Shown: positions 16,589 to 25,024 of the stretch, one piece after another
Layout: every line of letters begins with the position of its first letter
Position numbering within the stretch: the stretch's first letter is position 1
Virus record (IMG/VR): IMGVR_UViG_3300037483_000122
Coordinates: 1 to 44,241 of that record
Source of the DNA: a virus
Taxonomy: Duplodnaviria > Caudoviricetes
Length of the DNA: 44,241 nt
Reading direction: 5' to 3' (one strand)
The notes under the pieces: model-generated
Databases searched by the model: none
Told to the model about the DNA's origin: nothing
The model's input: the letters and a program-made list of their open reading frames with translations, nothing else
Program-made: the position numbers and the translations under genes

Positions 16589-16942
16589 ATGGTGGATATC
16601 TTTTACGACACAGAGTTCCATGAATCAGGCCATAGAAATCCTATTGACCTAATTTCTATTGGTCTTGTTAGAGACGATGGTCAGAAATATTATGCCATTC
16701 TCCCTGATTTCAGTATCCCAAGAGCATGGGATAACGAATGGATTAGGGAAAATGTCCTTCAGCATTTAGTACCGGGATATCGACCCAGAGGATTTGCGAT
16801 GAGGGAGAAAAGAATTATTGAGATGTTCGACGAATTACATAATGAGTTGAGCTATCGGTTCGGCAAGATAGATGGTAAGATGGAGGAACTAGAGAGACTA
16901 CTGAATACTCTTATCGAGCATAGGGAGAAGCAGAATGCGTAA
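16589..16942 (+). pseudogene. Truncated DEDD 3'-5' exoribonuclease (Rv2179c-like) N-terminus fused to a coiled coil
   Basis: IFYDTEF...LISIGLVRDDG..YYA...NEWIRENVLQHL; later catalytic motifs absent. Confidence 0.65.
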
Positions 16943-17453
16943 GAGGATCGGGTTTCTAATCCTGATATCTATTATTGGTGCTATAGCTTTCATAGTTGCG
17001 CAAATCGTAACACCCTACGGTTTCGATAAGACATCAACACCTATTCGTATTGTTTCTACTGAGATGACGAATAAGCAAGCAGCTGAGAAGTACACGCAGA
17101 TTGTTGCACCCTCTAATAAGATACTTGCTCAGATGCAAGCTATGGAATCTTCTTTCATAGGACATCCCAGAGAAACTAAGGTTCCTGCTGAGTACAATTT
17201 GGTAGCTAGACGTTATCGGGATGCCGTACGAGAGTTCGTCAGACAGCTAATGACAAACGTTTGGCCTGTGGGCGTACGTAGTACAGTAGTCGAACTAGTT
17301 GATGAGACTACACCAGCTATTACTATAGCTAACAGTCTATCTAAGGCTAAGACACTTGGCGACGTGGTAGACATTTACAGTGCTGATACTGGATCTAATG
17401 CAGCAGCGCAGAAATTACGTATCCAATTAGGACTAGGAGTTGCAGGATCATGA
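16935..17453 (+). CDS. Membrane-anchored protein
   Basis: N-terminal TM helix, GGGAG RBS. Confidence 0.8.
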   Translation: MRKRIGFLILISIIGAIAFIVAQIVTPYGFDKTSTPIRIVSTEMTNKQAAEKYTQIVAPSNKILAQMQAMESSFIGHPRETKVPAEYNLVARRYRDAVREFVRQLMTNVWPVGVRSTVVELVDETTPAITIANSLSKAKTLGDVVDIYSADTGSNAAAQKLRIQLGLGVAGS

Positions 17454-17510
17454 GAATCCCCCATCTCGCACGTGCCAAGTATTATGCCTTTACCCAAGAG
17501 GAGCTTTCAG

Positions 17511-17789
17511 ATGCCAAAGGTTAATGTTAAGATCAGCTACATTGTCGAAGTCGATACCGATGAAGTTGCTGGCTATCCTGACTATGTAATCTACCCTGGC
17601 AGGCCGAACACAACAGCTGTAGCGATGCTTGAATTTGATTGTGAAAACGAGTCTCTCAGTGAAGATGCAATTGATATTAATGACCCCGACAGTATTGAGG
17701 CACTAGGCGATGACGACGAACTCGGAGAGAGTGAAGTTGTACCGGCAACAGAATCCCCTGTATCGGGAGAAGGAAGCGAAGAGGGTTAA
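17511..17789 (+). CDS. Acidic hypothetical protein
   Basis: GAGGAG RBS favours ATG 17511. Confidence 0.65.
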   Translation: MPKVNVKISYIVEVDTDEVAGYPDYVIYPGRPNTTAVAMLEFDCENESLSEDAIDINDPDSIEALGDDDELGESEVVPATESPVSGEGSEEG

Positions 17790-17886
17790 AGCTAGAGCCT
17801 TAGCTCTAAATGATCTAAAAGTTAAATTCGCAAAAGAATATGAAGAGATGTACCAGGGAAGACTTAGACAATTAAAGGTGGAATAG
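17710..17886 (+). CDS. 58 aa basic hypothetical protein
   Basis: MTTNSERVKLYRQQNP...EYEEMYQGRLRQLKVE fills the gap before the deaminase. Confidence 0.55.
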   Translation: MTTNSERVKLYRQQNPLYREKEAKRVKARALALNDLKVKFAKEYEEMYQGRLRQLKVE

Positions 17887-17889
17887 TGC

Positions 17890-18300
17890 GTGCAATCAAA
17901 GGAGACGACCTCAGAGCTTAGTAATCGCGATAAGGCTTTCCTAAAGTTAGCGATTGCAGCTGCTGAGACTAGTGAATGCAGGCAAAAGCATGGTGCTGTT
18001 CTAGTCAGTGGTGGTTCGGTTTTAGCAATAGGGATTAACAAGACTCGTAATCACCCAGATGTACTAGGCACAGGAAGATTCTCTAAATACAGAGAATTCG
18101 CAGATATATACGGAACTTCATACCATGCTGAGATGGATGCTATTAGGGGTATTTTTCCTGTAACGTGCTCAAGAGCTGTTCTTTATGTAGCTAGAGTTAA
18201 CAAATTAGGAGAACCTCGCTACAGCAGGCCATGTAATAAGTGCTATCCAGTTCTCATGAGCTACGGAATAAAGGAAGTGGTGTATACTCTCAATGGATAA
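17890..18300 (+). CDS. dCMP/cytidine deaminase-like protein
   Basis: KHGAVLV, HAEMDAI and RPCNKC zinc motifs. Confidence 0.88.
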   Translation: MQSKETTSELSNRDKAFLKLAIAAAETSECRQKHGAVLVSGGSVLAIGINKTRNHPDVLGTGRFSKYREFADIYGTSYHAEMDAIRGIFPVTCSRAVLYVARVNKLGEPRYSRPCNKCYPVLMSYGIKEVVYTLNG

Positions 18301-18457
18301 TATTGAGTTTACACTTGAGGCTATTGAGCGTAAAGAACCTAGAGTATCTGAAATAGCGGACACCTGTAGCGTGTGTGGTGCTGCTGTAAAAGTTCAAATT
18401 AATAAAAGTACTGGTGTCTGTTCTGAGATATGTAGGAAGAGGAGAGATGGCAACTAG
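18293..18457 (+). CDS. 54 aa zinc-finger protein
   Basis: CSVC...CSEIC. Confidence 0.6.
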   Translation: MDNIEFTLEAIERKEPRVSEIADTCSVCGAAVKVQINKSTGVCSEICRKRRDGN

Positions 18458-18665
18458 CTATATCCTAAACTTGTCAGTGACTAAAACTACAAAGACTAGC
18501 CCAGAACCAATACCAGTACTAAGAGGTAATTACAACCCTAATCCTCCTTCTCAACCTGAGATTACGTCAGAAGTTACTAAAATTATTCAAAAGGCAGGGT
18601 CCTTGGCTGAGGTCAAGCGGATTGTGCAAGGTCTGATTGAGCTGCTGCCGGAGGACACGCCGTAA
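18447..18665 (+). CDS. Hypothetical protein
   Basis: GAGGAG RBS before ATG 18447. Confidence 0.65.
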   Translation: MATSYILNLSVTKTTKTSPEPIPVLRGNYNPNPPSQPEITSEVTKIIQKAGSLAEVKRIVQGLIELLPEDTP

Positions 18666-18761
18666 ACCGACTTGGCTAAACCCGGGAGAGTGTGCTAGTA
18701 TCTCTACTAGTTCCTCTCCTGGGTGAAGCCGCGTAGCACAGTAGCCACAGGTGAGAGGCAG

Positions 18762-18807
18762 AGAGTCGGCCCGGTCGCCTGTTAAAGGTACCGGGCCCTA
18801 CTCTTTT
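18762..18807 (+). terminator. Hairpin with U-tract
   Basis: GGCCCGGT/ACCGGGCC stem, outer AGAGT/ACTCT, then TTT. Confidence 0.6.
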
Positions 18808-18819
18808 CGGAGCAATTAA

Positions 18820-19338
18820 ATGTCGTGCATAGCTTGTGTAGCGGAGTGTCATTATGAATGCTATGAATCTTCTGAATCCGGTTGTTGCTGCCCGAAAACT
18901 AGCTTGTCAATTACCGCTGGCAAAACGGGAAATGCTTCTAAAGCTGATGATGAAGTTACTGACCCAGAATCCACGGGAAGAAAAAGAGCTGCTGTTCTAT
19001 ATCCTCTATCACCCGGTATGGCGTGTGAGTGGCGAGGACTTAAAGCGGCGTGTGGTGGAGCAGCTCCCATTATCGGATGCGTTGAGGGCATCGCTACAAA
19101 CCGTCACCACGGACCTGACAAAAGTACACTCAATAATGAATCAGGAAACGTTCACAGAATCTGCGCCACGTGCCACAACAGATGGCACACCCTTAACGAT
19201 CCGCTTTATAAAACATTAAAAACTTTACCAGATGCTATTCCTCACGATCCGTTTACTAAGGCTACTGAAAAAGAACAATTAGAAAATGAGATGCGTTGGG
19301 TTAGACGCCCAGCCGATAGAATTAAGGATGAAACATAA
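18820..19338 (+). CDS. Cys-rich HNH-like protein
   Basis: RHH...NNESGNVHRICATCHNRWH. Confidence 0.7.
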   Translation: MSCIACVAECHYECYESSESGCCCPKTSLSITAGKTGNASKADDEVTDPESTGRKRAAVLYPLSPGMACEWRGLKAACGGAAPIIGCVEGIATNRHHGPDKSTLNNESGNVHRICATCHNRWHTLNDPLYKTLKTLPDAIPHDPFTKATEKEQLENEMRWVRRPADRIKDET

Positions 19339-19553
19339 TGAGTATATTTGAAACTCCTATTGTAGCACCAGTCCCTGACGTAGAGTACACACCTCCAGAT
19401 ACACAACAACGCGAACAGTATCTTAGGATTAAGGCGCTAGAACTTGCTACAACTATTAGTCCTGAATCTGCTGATGAGCTTATTGAGGCAGCTGACAAGA
19501 TTTACAAGTTCAGCCTTACAGGAGATACAGGAGTAGAAGGCGATAGTGAATAG
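19338..19553 (+). CDS. Hypothetical protein
   Basis: TAATG coupling; LRIKALELA...LIEAADKIYKF. Confidence 0.75.
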   Translation: MSIFETPIVAPVPDVEYTPPDTQQREQYLRIKALELATTISPESADELIEAADKIYKFSLTGDTGVEGDSE

Positions 19554-19656
19554 TCTAGGTCTATTGATCATAATCATAGTAGTAGTTGTAGTTGGAATTG
19601 CAGTCTTAATAGGTATGAATAGAGATAAAGGACAAGGACCACCTAGACGTCACTAG
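19546..19656 (+). CDS. 36 aa membrane peptide
   Basis: GTG start; LGLLIIIIVVVVVGIAVLIG then basic tail. Confidence 0.55.
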   Translation: MNSLGLLIIIIVVVVVGIAVLIGMNRDKGQGPPRRH

Positions 19657-19663
19657 TATTGCC

Positions 19664-19692
19664 TTGACAAGGTAATACTAAAATGATACTAT
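19664..19692 (+). promoter_or_regulatory. Strong sigma70-type promoter for recombination/replication genes
   Basis: TTGACA-N17-TACTAT with extended TGn. Confidence 0.8.
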
Positions 19693-19722
19693 GATATAGT
19701 TACCTCGTCAAGGAGACGTCAT

Positions 19723-20589
19723 ATGTTGCTGTCGCATAGTGAAGCTGAAAGTTTCTCTCTTTGTGAAAAACGTCATTATTATGCGTTCGGAGAGAGAATC
19801 CAAGGCCGTAAGTTGTCAATCTCTTTGACTCGGGGGAACTACGGCCATACATTTATGGAACGATTCTTCAAGGTGTTTGCATCTTCTGGTAATTGGGACG
19901 ATGCAATGCGAGCTATTGATATAGTATATGAAGAGTCAATGGTAGAGTGTATTAAAGATACTAAACTAATGGAGATGCTAACAACTCTTAGGCTAAGAGT
20001 TCAAGGTTTTCTTGAGTTCTACAGACATCGTATCCAGCGATGGAATATTGTAGCTGTAGAGCAGGAATTCAGGCTAACACTCCATGAGGATGTAACCTAT
20101 CCTTTTAAGCCTGACCTAATCATTTCAGAAGGTGGGCAGGCTAAACTGATCGACTGGAAGTTCACGTACGATTTCTATGATCCTGATGTAGTTAATCTTC
20201 TTCCTCAGATTCCCAAATATGTAGGCGCCCTCCAGGCTATGGGCTACTCAGTTAGCGGAGGCTACTACGCATTTATTCGCTACAGGAGCCTCAAGGAAGA
20301 AACTCCAGATAGAGTATACAATCTACACCCTGTAGCGCTTAATAAGCAGCGTATTATGTCTGCATTCTCAGATTACGTTAGTTATATTGAAAGCGTATCT
20401 ACTATGCGTGCACTTCCACTACAGGAGTGGTCTGATCGGGCCCGCAGAATTTCTAACAATATGATCTGTAAGTCTTGTGGCTATAAGTTCCTATGTCAAG
20501 CGGAGTTAAATGGGTCAGATGGTATAATGATTCGTCGTCAAGATTTCGTCCCTAACACCTACGGTTATGCTGAGGAACCCGATGCCTAG
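19723..20589 (+). CDS. Cas4/RecB-like PD-(D/E)XK exonuclease
   Basis: LSHSE...CEKRHYY, RGNYGH, AVEQEF, KPDLI, IDWKF, QIPKY, CKSCGYKFLC. Confidence 0.88.
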   Translation: MLLSHSEAESFSLCEKRHYYAFGERIQGRKLSISLTRGNYGHTFMERFFKVFASSGNWDDAMRAIDIVYEESMVECIKDTKLMEMLTTLRLRVQGFLEFYRHRIQRWNIVAVEQEFRLTLHEDVTYPFKPDLIISEGGQAKLIDWKFTYDFYDPDVVNLLPQIPKYVGALQAMGYSVSGGYYAFIRYRSLKEETPDRVYNLHPVALNKQRIMSAFSDYVSYIESVSTMRALPLQEWSDRARRISNNMICKSCGYKFLCQAELNGSDGIMIRRQDFVPNTYGYAEEPDA

Positions 20590-21469
20590 TCCACAAGAAC
20601 TACTTGCCGCATTAGAGGCACAATTAACACCACTTGAGTCTACTAAGCCATGTGGCAAGTTCATGCTATTCGGCAACTCAGGTACAGGTAAAACTGTCCT
20701 ATCTATTAGAATTGCGCAGGCTATTACTCCGCCTGATAAGCAGATTCTATACGTAGACTTTAAAGAAGGCTGGACGTCTCTACTTAACCACGATCCAGCT
20801 CTAAGAGCTAGAGTTACTAGACTCCCCTATGAGAATTATACTCAAGTTAGTCTAGTAGTAGATGCAATCTGGAATAATGTAGGTAAGTTTGCTAATGTTG
20901 GTACTATTGTTATTGATGAGCACACTTCTATGGCTCAAGATGATATGGAAGCTATTACTAGGAATCGTGCTCAGAGTGACAAAGAGAAGGATCCAGATAC
21001 TCCTACATGGCCTGATATGAATACAGCAGGGCTTAGAGCACGACGAGCACTGAATAGCGTCCTGGATCTTCCTATCAATGTTATCCTTGTAGCCCATGAG
21101 AGGGATAATAAAGACCGACGAGGTGTGGTAGTTACTACTCCTAACTACCTACCTAAGCTCTATGCCAAGATTCTAGAGCCTCTTCACTTTGTTGGTCACT
21201 GCACTGCAACACTCCAAGAAGGTGGAGCAGATGCGGGTAAATATGTCCGCCAGGTCCAATGTCATCCATCTAAATTAATTGTCTGCAAGAGTCGAGTTGG
21301 GGGTCTCGGTATTTTCGAGACTCATGAGAACTTAATCGAGAAGCTAACTAGTTGGTTATCTCTAGGAGGAATGCCTGAAAGCGAAGCTGCACAGGTTTCT
21401 TTTCAAGACGAGCAAGAAGTCCTCGGTGAGGGCATCGTAGATGAAGCTGCAATTCTAGTGGAGGATTAA
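20582..21469 (+). CDS. AAA ATPase, Sak4-like recombinase candidate
   Basis: FGNSGTGKT, TIVIDE, NVILVAHE; between nuclease and SSB; GAGG RBS favours ATG 20582. Confidence 0.8.
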   Translation: MPSPQELLAALEAQLTPLESTKPCGKFMLFGNSGTGKTVLSIRIAQAITPPDKQILYVDFKEGWTSLLNHDPALRARVTRLPYENYTQVSLVVDAIWNNVGKFANVGTIVIDEHTSMAQDDMEAITRNRAQSDKEKDPDTPTWPDMNTAGLRARRALNSVLDLPINVILVAHERDNKDRRGVVVTTPNYLPKLYAKILEPLHFVGHCTATLQEGGADAGKYVRQVQCHPSKLIVCKSRVGGLGIFETHENLIEKLTSWLSLGGMPESEAAQVSFQDEQEVLGEGIVDEAAILVED

Positions 21470-21470
21470 A

Positions 21471-21959
21471 ATGGGTATTTTCGGTGCAATGGATATTGAG
21501 TCTGCTGAGGAAAGTCTTTGGCCTAAGAACGATACCTATCGTTGCGTTCTAACTGATGCAGTTGTTGCTCCTTCTAAGAAGACAGCAGACCTTCCAGAGG
21601 GTGAGAAAGAATACTTCTGGGTTCTAACTTACGAAATTCAGGAAGGCCGCTACAAGAGTACGGATCTTTACGAGCGTAAGCGTGTATTCCCAAATATGGA
21701 TCCTGAAAATCCAACTCCTGAAGAGGAGAAGGCAGCTACTTATATTAAGCGTCGACTTAACAGTTTGGGTATTCCTGAATCTCGTCATAACTCTGTGACC
21801 AATGACGACCTTAAGGGAATTGAGTGCGCGGTTACAGTTAAGGAGAACAGTAACTCTGATTTCCCGCCTAATGTTACGAGGGTTGAGCTTCTTCAAGCTA
21901 CGGGTCTTGGTAACGCTCAGCCTGACTCCAGCGGTATGAGCGTATTCAAGGGAATGTAA
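21471..21959 (+). CDS. Single-stranded DNA-binding protein candidate
   Basis: Position after Sak4-like gene; predicted beta-rich pattern with DDLKGIECAVTVK. Confidence 0.65.
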   Translation: MGIFGAMDIESAEESLWPKNDTYRCVLTDAVVAPSKKTADLPEGEKEYFWVLTYEIQEGRYKSTDLYERKRVFPNMDPENPTPEEEKAATYIKRRLNSLGIPESRHNSVTNDDLKGIECAVTVKENSNSDFPPNVTRVELLQATGLGNAQPDSSGMSVFKGM

Positions 21960-21964
21960 GTACC

Positions 21965-21996
21965 CTCGCTACAGGTGGGGCAACACCTGTAGCGAG
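21965..21996. repeat. Perfect 13-bp inverted repeat built from two CGCTACAGG motifs
   Basis: CTCGCTACAGGTG-GGGCAA-CACCTGTAGCGAG. Confidence 0.9.
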
Positions 21997-21999
21997 TTA

Positions 22000-22073
22000 G
22001 CCGATATATCCCAATAGGCAGAGGAACTCGACTTAAAATCGAGTCAGTGTGAGTTCGAGTCTCACTATCGGCA
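22000..22073 (+). tRNA. tRNA-Leu(TAA), short variable loop
   Basis: GCCGATA/TATCGGC acceptor, CTCGA-CTTAAAA-TCGAG, GTGAG-TTCGAGT-CTCAC, discriminator A. Confidence 0.9.
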
Positions 22074-22074
22074 C

Positions 22075-22497
22075 GTGGACAAAGAGCTAATAACTCCTAT
22101 TATCGTGGCAGTAATAGTATCCACAACAGGTCCTTTATTACTAGGATACTTAACAGACAGAGCTAGACGTAGGGACAAGAAAGAAGATTACGCACGCCAA
22201 GATATCGTAGCGGACCGCGCAGAAGAAGCTGCCCGACTTTTATTGGAAGAGAATAAACGAGTAGCAGAAGCTACAGCACAAACGCAAGGACAACTGCAGG
22301 AAATACACACTTTAGTAAACTCTAACCTCACGGCAGCAATGCAGGCAGAATTAAGTGCGTGTGAGGCCCTTTTAGAGATGAAAATAAGATACTCTGAAGT
22401 TGATGAAGAGCTACGATTGAAAATTGTAGAACTAAAAACTATCTTATATGATCGAACAAAAGCAACTGAACTAGGCGAGTCACAGAGAAAAATCTAG
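22075..22497 (+). CDS. Membrane-anchored coiled-coil protein between two tRNAs
   Basis: GTG start, N-terminal TM, IHTLVNSNLT segment. Confidence 0.75.
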   Translation: MDKELITPIIVAVIVSTTGPLLLGYLTDRARRRDKKEDYARQDIVADRAEEAARLLLEENKRVAEATAQTQGQLQEIHTLVNSNLTAAMQAELSACEALLEMKIRYSEVDEELRLKIVELKTILYDRTKATELGESQRKI

Positions 22498-22570
22498 GGC
22501 TATTAGCTCAGTAGGTTAGAGCAACACTCTTATAAAGTGTAGGTCTCGGGTTCAAGTCCCGAATAGCCCA
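22497..22570 (+). tRNA. tRNA-Ile(TAT)
   Basis: GGGCTAT/ATAGCCC acceptor, ACACT-CTTATAA-AGTGT, TCGGG-TTCAAGT-CCCGA. Confidence 0.92.
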
Positions 22571-22596
22571 CATGGACACTAAGGAGGGTCTAGCTA

Positions 22597-22755
22597 ATGG
22601 ATGAAGTACAAATTTTAACAGAGGTTAGGCTTCTAAGAGACTTAAGAATGGATTGTTTGCAAGTAATAGAAGATACTGGTTTCTCTAATGAATCCAGGAT
22701 ACTAGCTGGTATTTTTCTTCTACTAGCTAGACAGCAGGTAGACTTAGATGTGTAA
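22597..22755 (+). CDS. 52 aa hypothetical protein
   Basis: AAGGAGG RBS. Confidence 0.6.
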   Translation: MDEVQILTEVRLLRDLRMDCLQVIEDTGFSNESRILAGIFLLLARQQVDLDV

Positions 22756-23173
22756 GACAGCAGAGGAGCTTCGTAAAGAGCCTATCATAGATTTAAAAGA
22801 GAGGCAAAGAAACTATCCAAATGTATGGCTTAGTTTAAGGTGCAGTTGCCCTAAAGATAGGCCATTTCCATGGTTCACATGGTTCGGGGGAATAGCAACA
22901 AAATGTAACACCTGTGGTAAGACAGAGCCATGGCGACTTCAGCAATGCGCTAATTGCGATGAATATTTTATCAAGGATTTTAGCCATCCTGCTTATTGCA
23001 TATTTGATCCTTGGTGCTGGACCTGTCTTGAGACTGAAAATCCAGATGGATTAGATCCCCATAATATGGCAGCAGTCCTTGGTACTAGGCTAAAAAAGAA
23101 GGGACCTCAGCTATCGGACTTATATGATTTTATTAAAAATCCGGTTGACCCGTTTGAAGTATTTGGCTTCTAG
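22748..23173 (+). CDS. Cys-rich zinc-binding protein
   Basis: CSC, CNTC, CANC, CWTC motifs. Confidence 0.75.
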   Translation: MCKTAEELRKEPIIDLKERQRNYPNVWLSLRCSCPKDRPFPWFTWFGGIATKCNTCGKTEPWRLQQCANCDEYFIKDFSHPAYCIFDPWCWTCLETENPDGLDPHNMAAVLGTRLKKKGPQLSDLYDFIKNPVDPFEVFGF

Positions 23174-23182
23174 GGAGACTAA

Positions 23183-25024
23183 GTGGGAGCCGGTAACTCT
23201 CCCGCTGAGAGGTTGAATCAGTTTTTCACCTTTATGTGGGGAGAAACGGAAGGATACGTTTACCTTCCAACTAAGGACAAAGCAGGGGCTTGGAAGAAGT
23301 GGATGTATAGATGGCCCCTTAATAGAACAGAAGTAATTAATCACGTCCTAAGCGCTTCGGCGACTCAACGGGACGTGTACTTTTCTCCGGCCATTTTTAG
23401 AAAAGCAAAACCTGAGAAAGAGTATATTCTTGGCGCTCAAGTAATCTGGGCAGAGTATGACGGTAATGCTCCTGATGAGTGGACCGAGGCGCCAGATGGG
23501 AGCGCTGACGGGGCACACACGGCCGTTCCTGGCCCCCCTAGCCTGAGGGTCCAATCGAGCACCGACACGCACCAGCACTGTTATTGGAAGCTAGAAGAGC
23601 TTAGTACCGATGTAGAATTTATTGAACGGGTAAATAGAGCAATAGCCTACGAAACTAAGTCAGATACTAGCGGTTGGGACGCTAATCAGGTCCTTAGGCC
23701 ACCACATACTATCAACTACAAGCATGATTTAGAAGTTACAGTAGTAGAAGAAAATGATAGAGAATACCATAACAAGCATTTCTCTCATATTAAATCATTC
23801 AAAGAACTAGTCGATACAAATATTGATATAAATGAACTGCCTCCGGTACAGGAGTTGATTGGTAAATATCAATGGGAAGCTGATACTCTAAATCTTCTTC
23901 TAAAAGATGCAGATAATATCCCTACAGGTATGCGTTCTTCAGCACTTATGCGTATAGGGTTCCACTGTGCTGAATTAGGAATGTCAGATTCAGAAGCCTA
24001 TGCTATTTTAATTTGGGCTGACGATAAATGGGGTAAGTTCAAAGGTCGCTCAGATCGTAAGAAGCGACTAATTGACATAATCAATAGGGCAAGACAGAAG
24101 CATCCTAGGGCTACCGAGACAGTCACATTTGCCGGTCTAGTTTCTCCAGACACTAAAATAGAGACAGATACTAGAATTGTCTATGGCTTCCAGGACCTTC
24201 TAAAAGCTGAGATCCGTATTGAATGGGCTATTAAAGATTTAATGCCTAGAGCTGGACTAGGTATTATTGGCTCAGCCTCAGGTGTAGGTAAAACGCAGCT
24301 ATCACTCAATATGGCTATACGCTGCGCCCTGTCGCGGGACTTTTTAGGCTGGTCTCCTATAGGTCGCCAAAAATTACTATTCCTAGAACTAGAGATGAAT
24401 GCCGGTTCGTTCAAACATTTTATTAGTAATATGGCTCAAGCCTATAGTCCAGAAGATTTAGAGACGCTACAGCGCAATCTTCTACTAGCACCTATAAATG
24501 AGCCTATCCCACTGCATCATCCGACTGGAAGACAGTTCATAGAAGAACTAATAGTCAAATATCAACCTGATGGCATAGTCATTGACTCTCTTGGTAAGAT
24601 TCACCTTGGCAACTTGAACGATGATGAGTTAATCCGTAAGACTATGATATATATCAACTATTTGCGTTCAAAATTTGGAGTCTATGTCTGGATCATCCAC
24701 CACAACAGAAAAGCTCAAGAAGGTAATAAACGTCCTAGAAAACTAGAAGACCTGTATGGTAATCAGTATCTTACAACTGACCTAGACATAGCGATTAGTC
24801 TATGGAAAGAAGAGGATGGCAGACTTGAGCTAAGACAAGTAAAGAACCGTTTAGCAGAAGAGGTACCCCCATTTAGTATCCGACGTGTCGAACATCTTCA
24901 GTTTATTAGAGATGACACGGCTATGCCAGAAGGTATAATGAATGGACTTCAAAAAGGTATTACTCCCCCCAAAGATGAACCCCCTAACGGGGGAATTCCA
25001 CACTTTGACCTTGGAGTTGGATGA
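23183..25024 (+). CDS. RepB-type primase fused to RecA-family (AAA_25/SF4-like) helicase
   Basis: VYFSPA, IWAEYD, VQSS...HQHCYWKL, DANQVLRPPHTINYK; Walker A SASGVGKT, IVIDSL, IIHHNRK. Confidence 0.88.
   Translation: MGAGNSPAERLNQFFTFMWGETEGYVYLPTKDKAGAWKKWMYRWPLNRTEVINHVLSASATQRDVYFSPAIFRKAKPEKEYILGAQVIWAEYDGNAPDEWTEAPDGSADGAHTAVPGPPSLRVQSSTDTHQHCYWKLEELSTDVEFIERVNRAIAYETKSDTSGWDANQVLRPPHTINYKHDLEVTVVEENDREYHNKHFSHIKSFKELVDTNIDINELPPVQELIGKYQWEADTLNLLLKDADNIPTGMRSSALMRIGFHCAELGMSDSEAYAILIWADDKWGKFKGRSDRKKRLIDIINRARQKHPRATETVTFAGLVSPDTKIETDTRIVYGFQDLLKAEIRIEWAIKDLMPRAGLGIIGSASGVGKTQLSLNMAIRCALSRDFLGWSPIGRQKLLFLELEMNAGSFKHFISNMAQAYSPEDLETLQRNLLLAPINEPIPLHHPTGRQFIEELIVKYQPDGIVIDSLGKIHLGNLNDDELIRKTMIYINYLRSKFGVYVWIIHHNRKAQEGNKRPRKLEDLYGNQYLTTDLDIAISLWKEEDGRLELRQVKNRLAEEVPPFSIRRVEHLQFIRDDTAMPEGIMNGLQKGITPPKDEPPNGGIPHFDLGVG

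Noticed and set aside
24942-25024. Programmed frameshift fusing primase-helicase to polymerase
   Set aside because: Would need +1 at CCC CCC; a plausible GAAGG RBS and ATGs allow independent initiation; no other support
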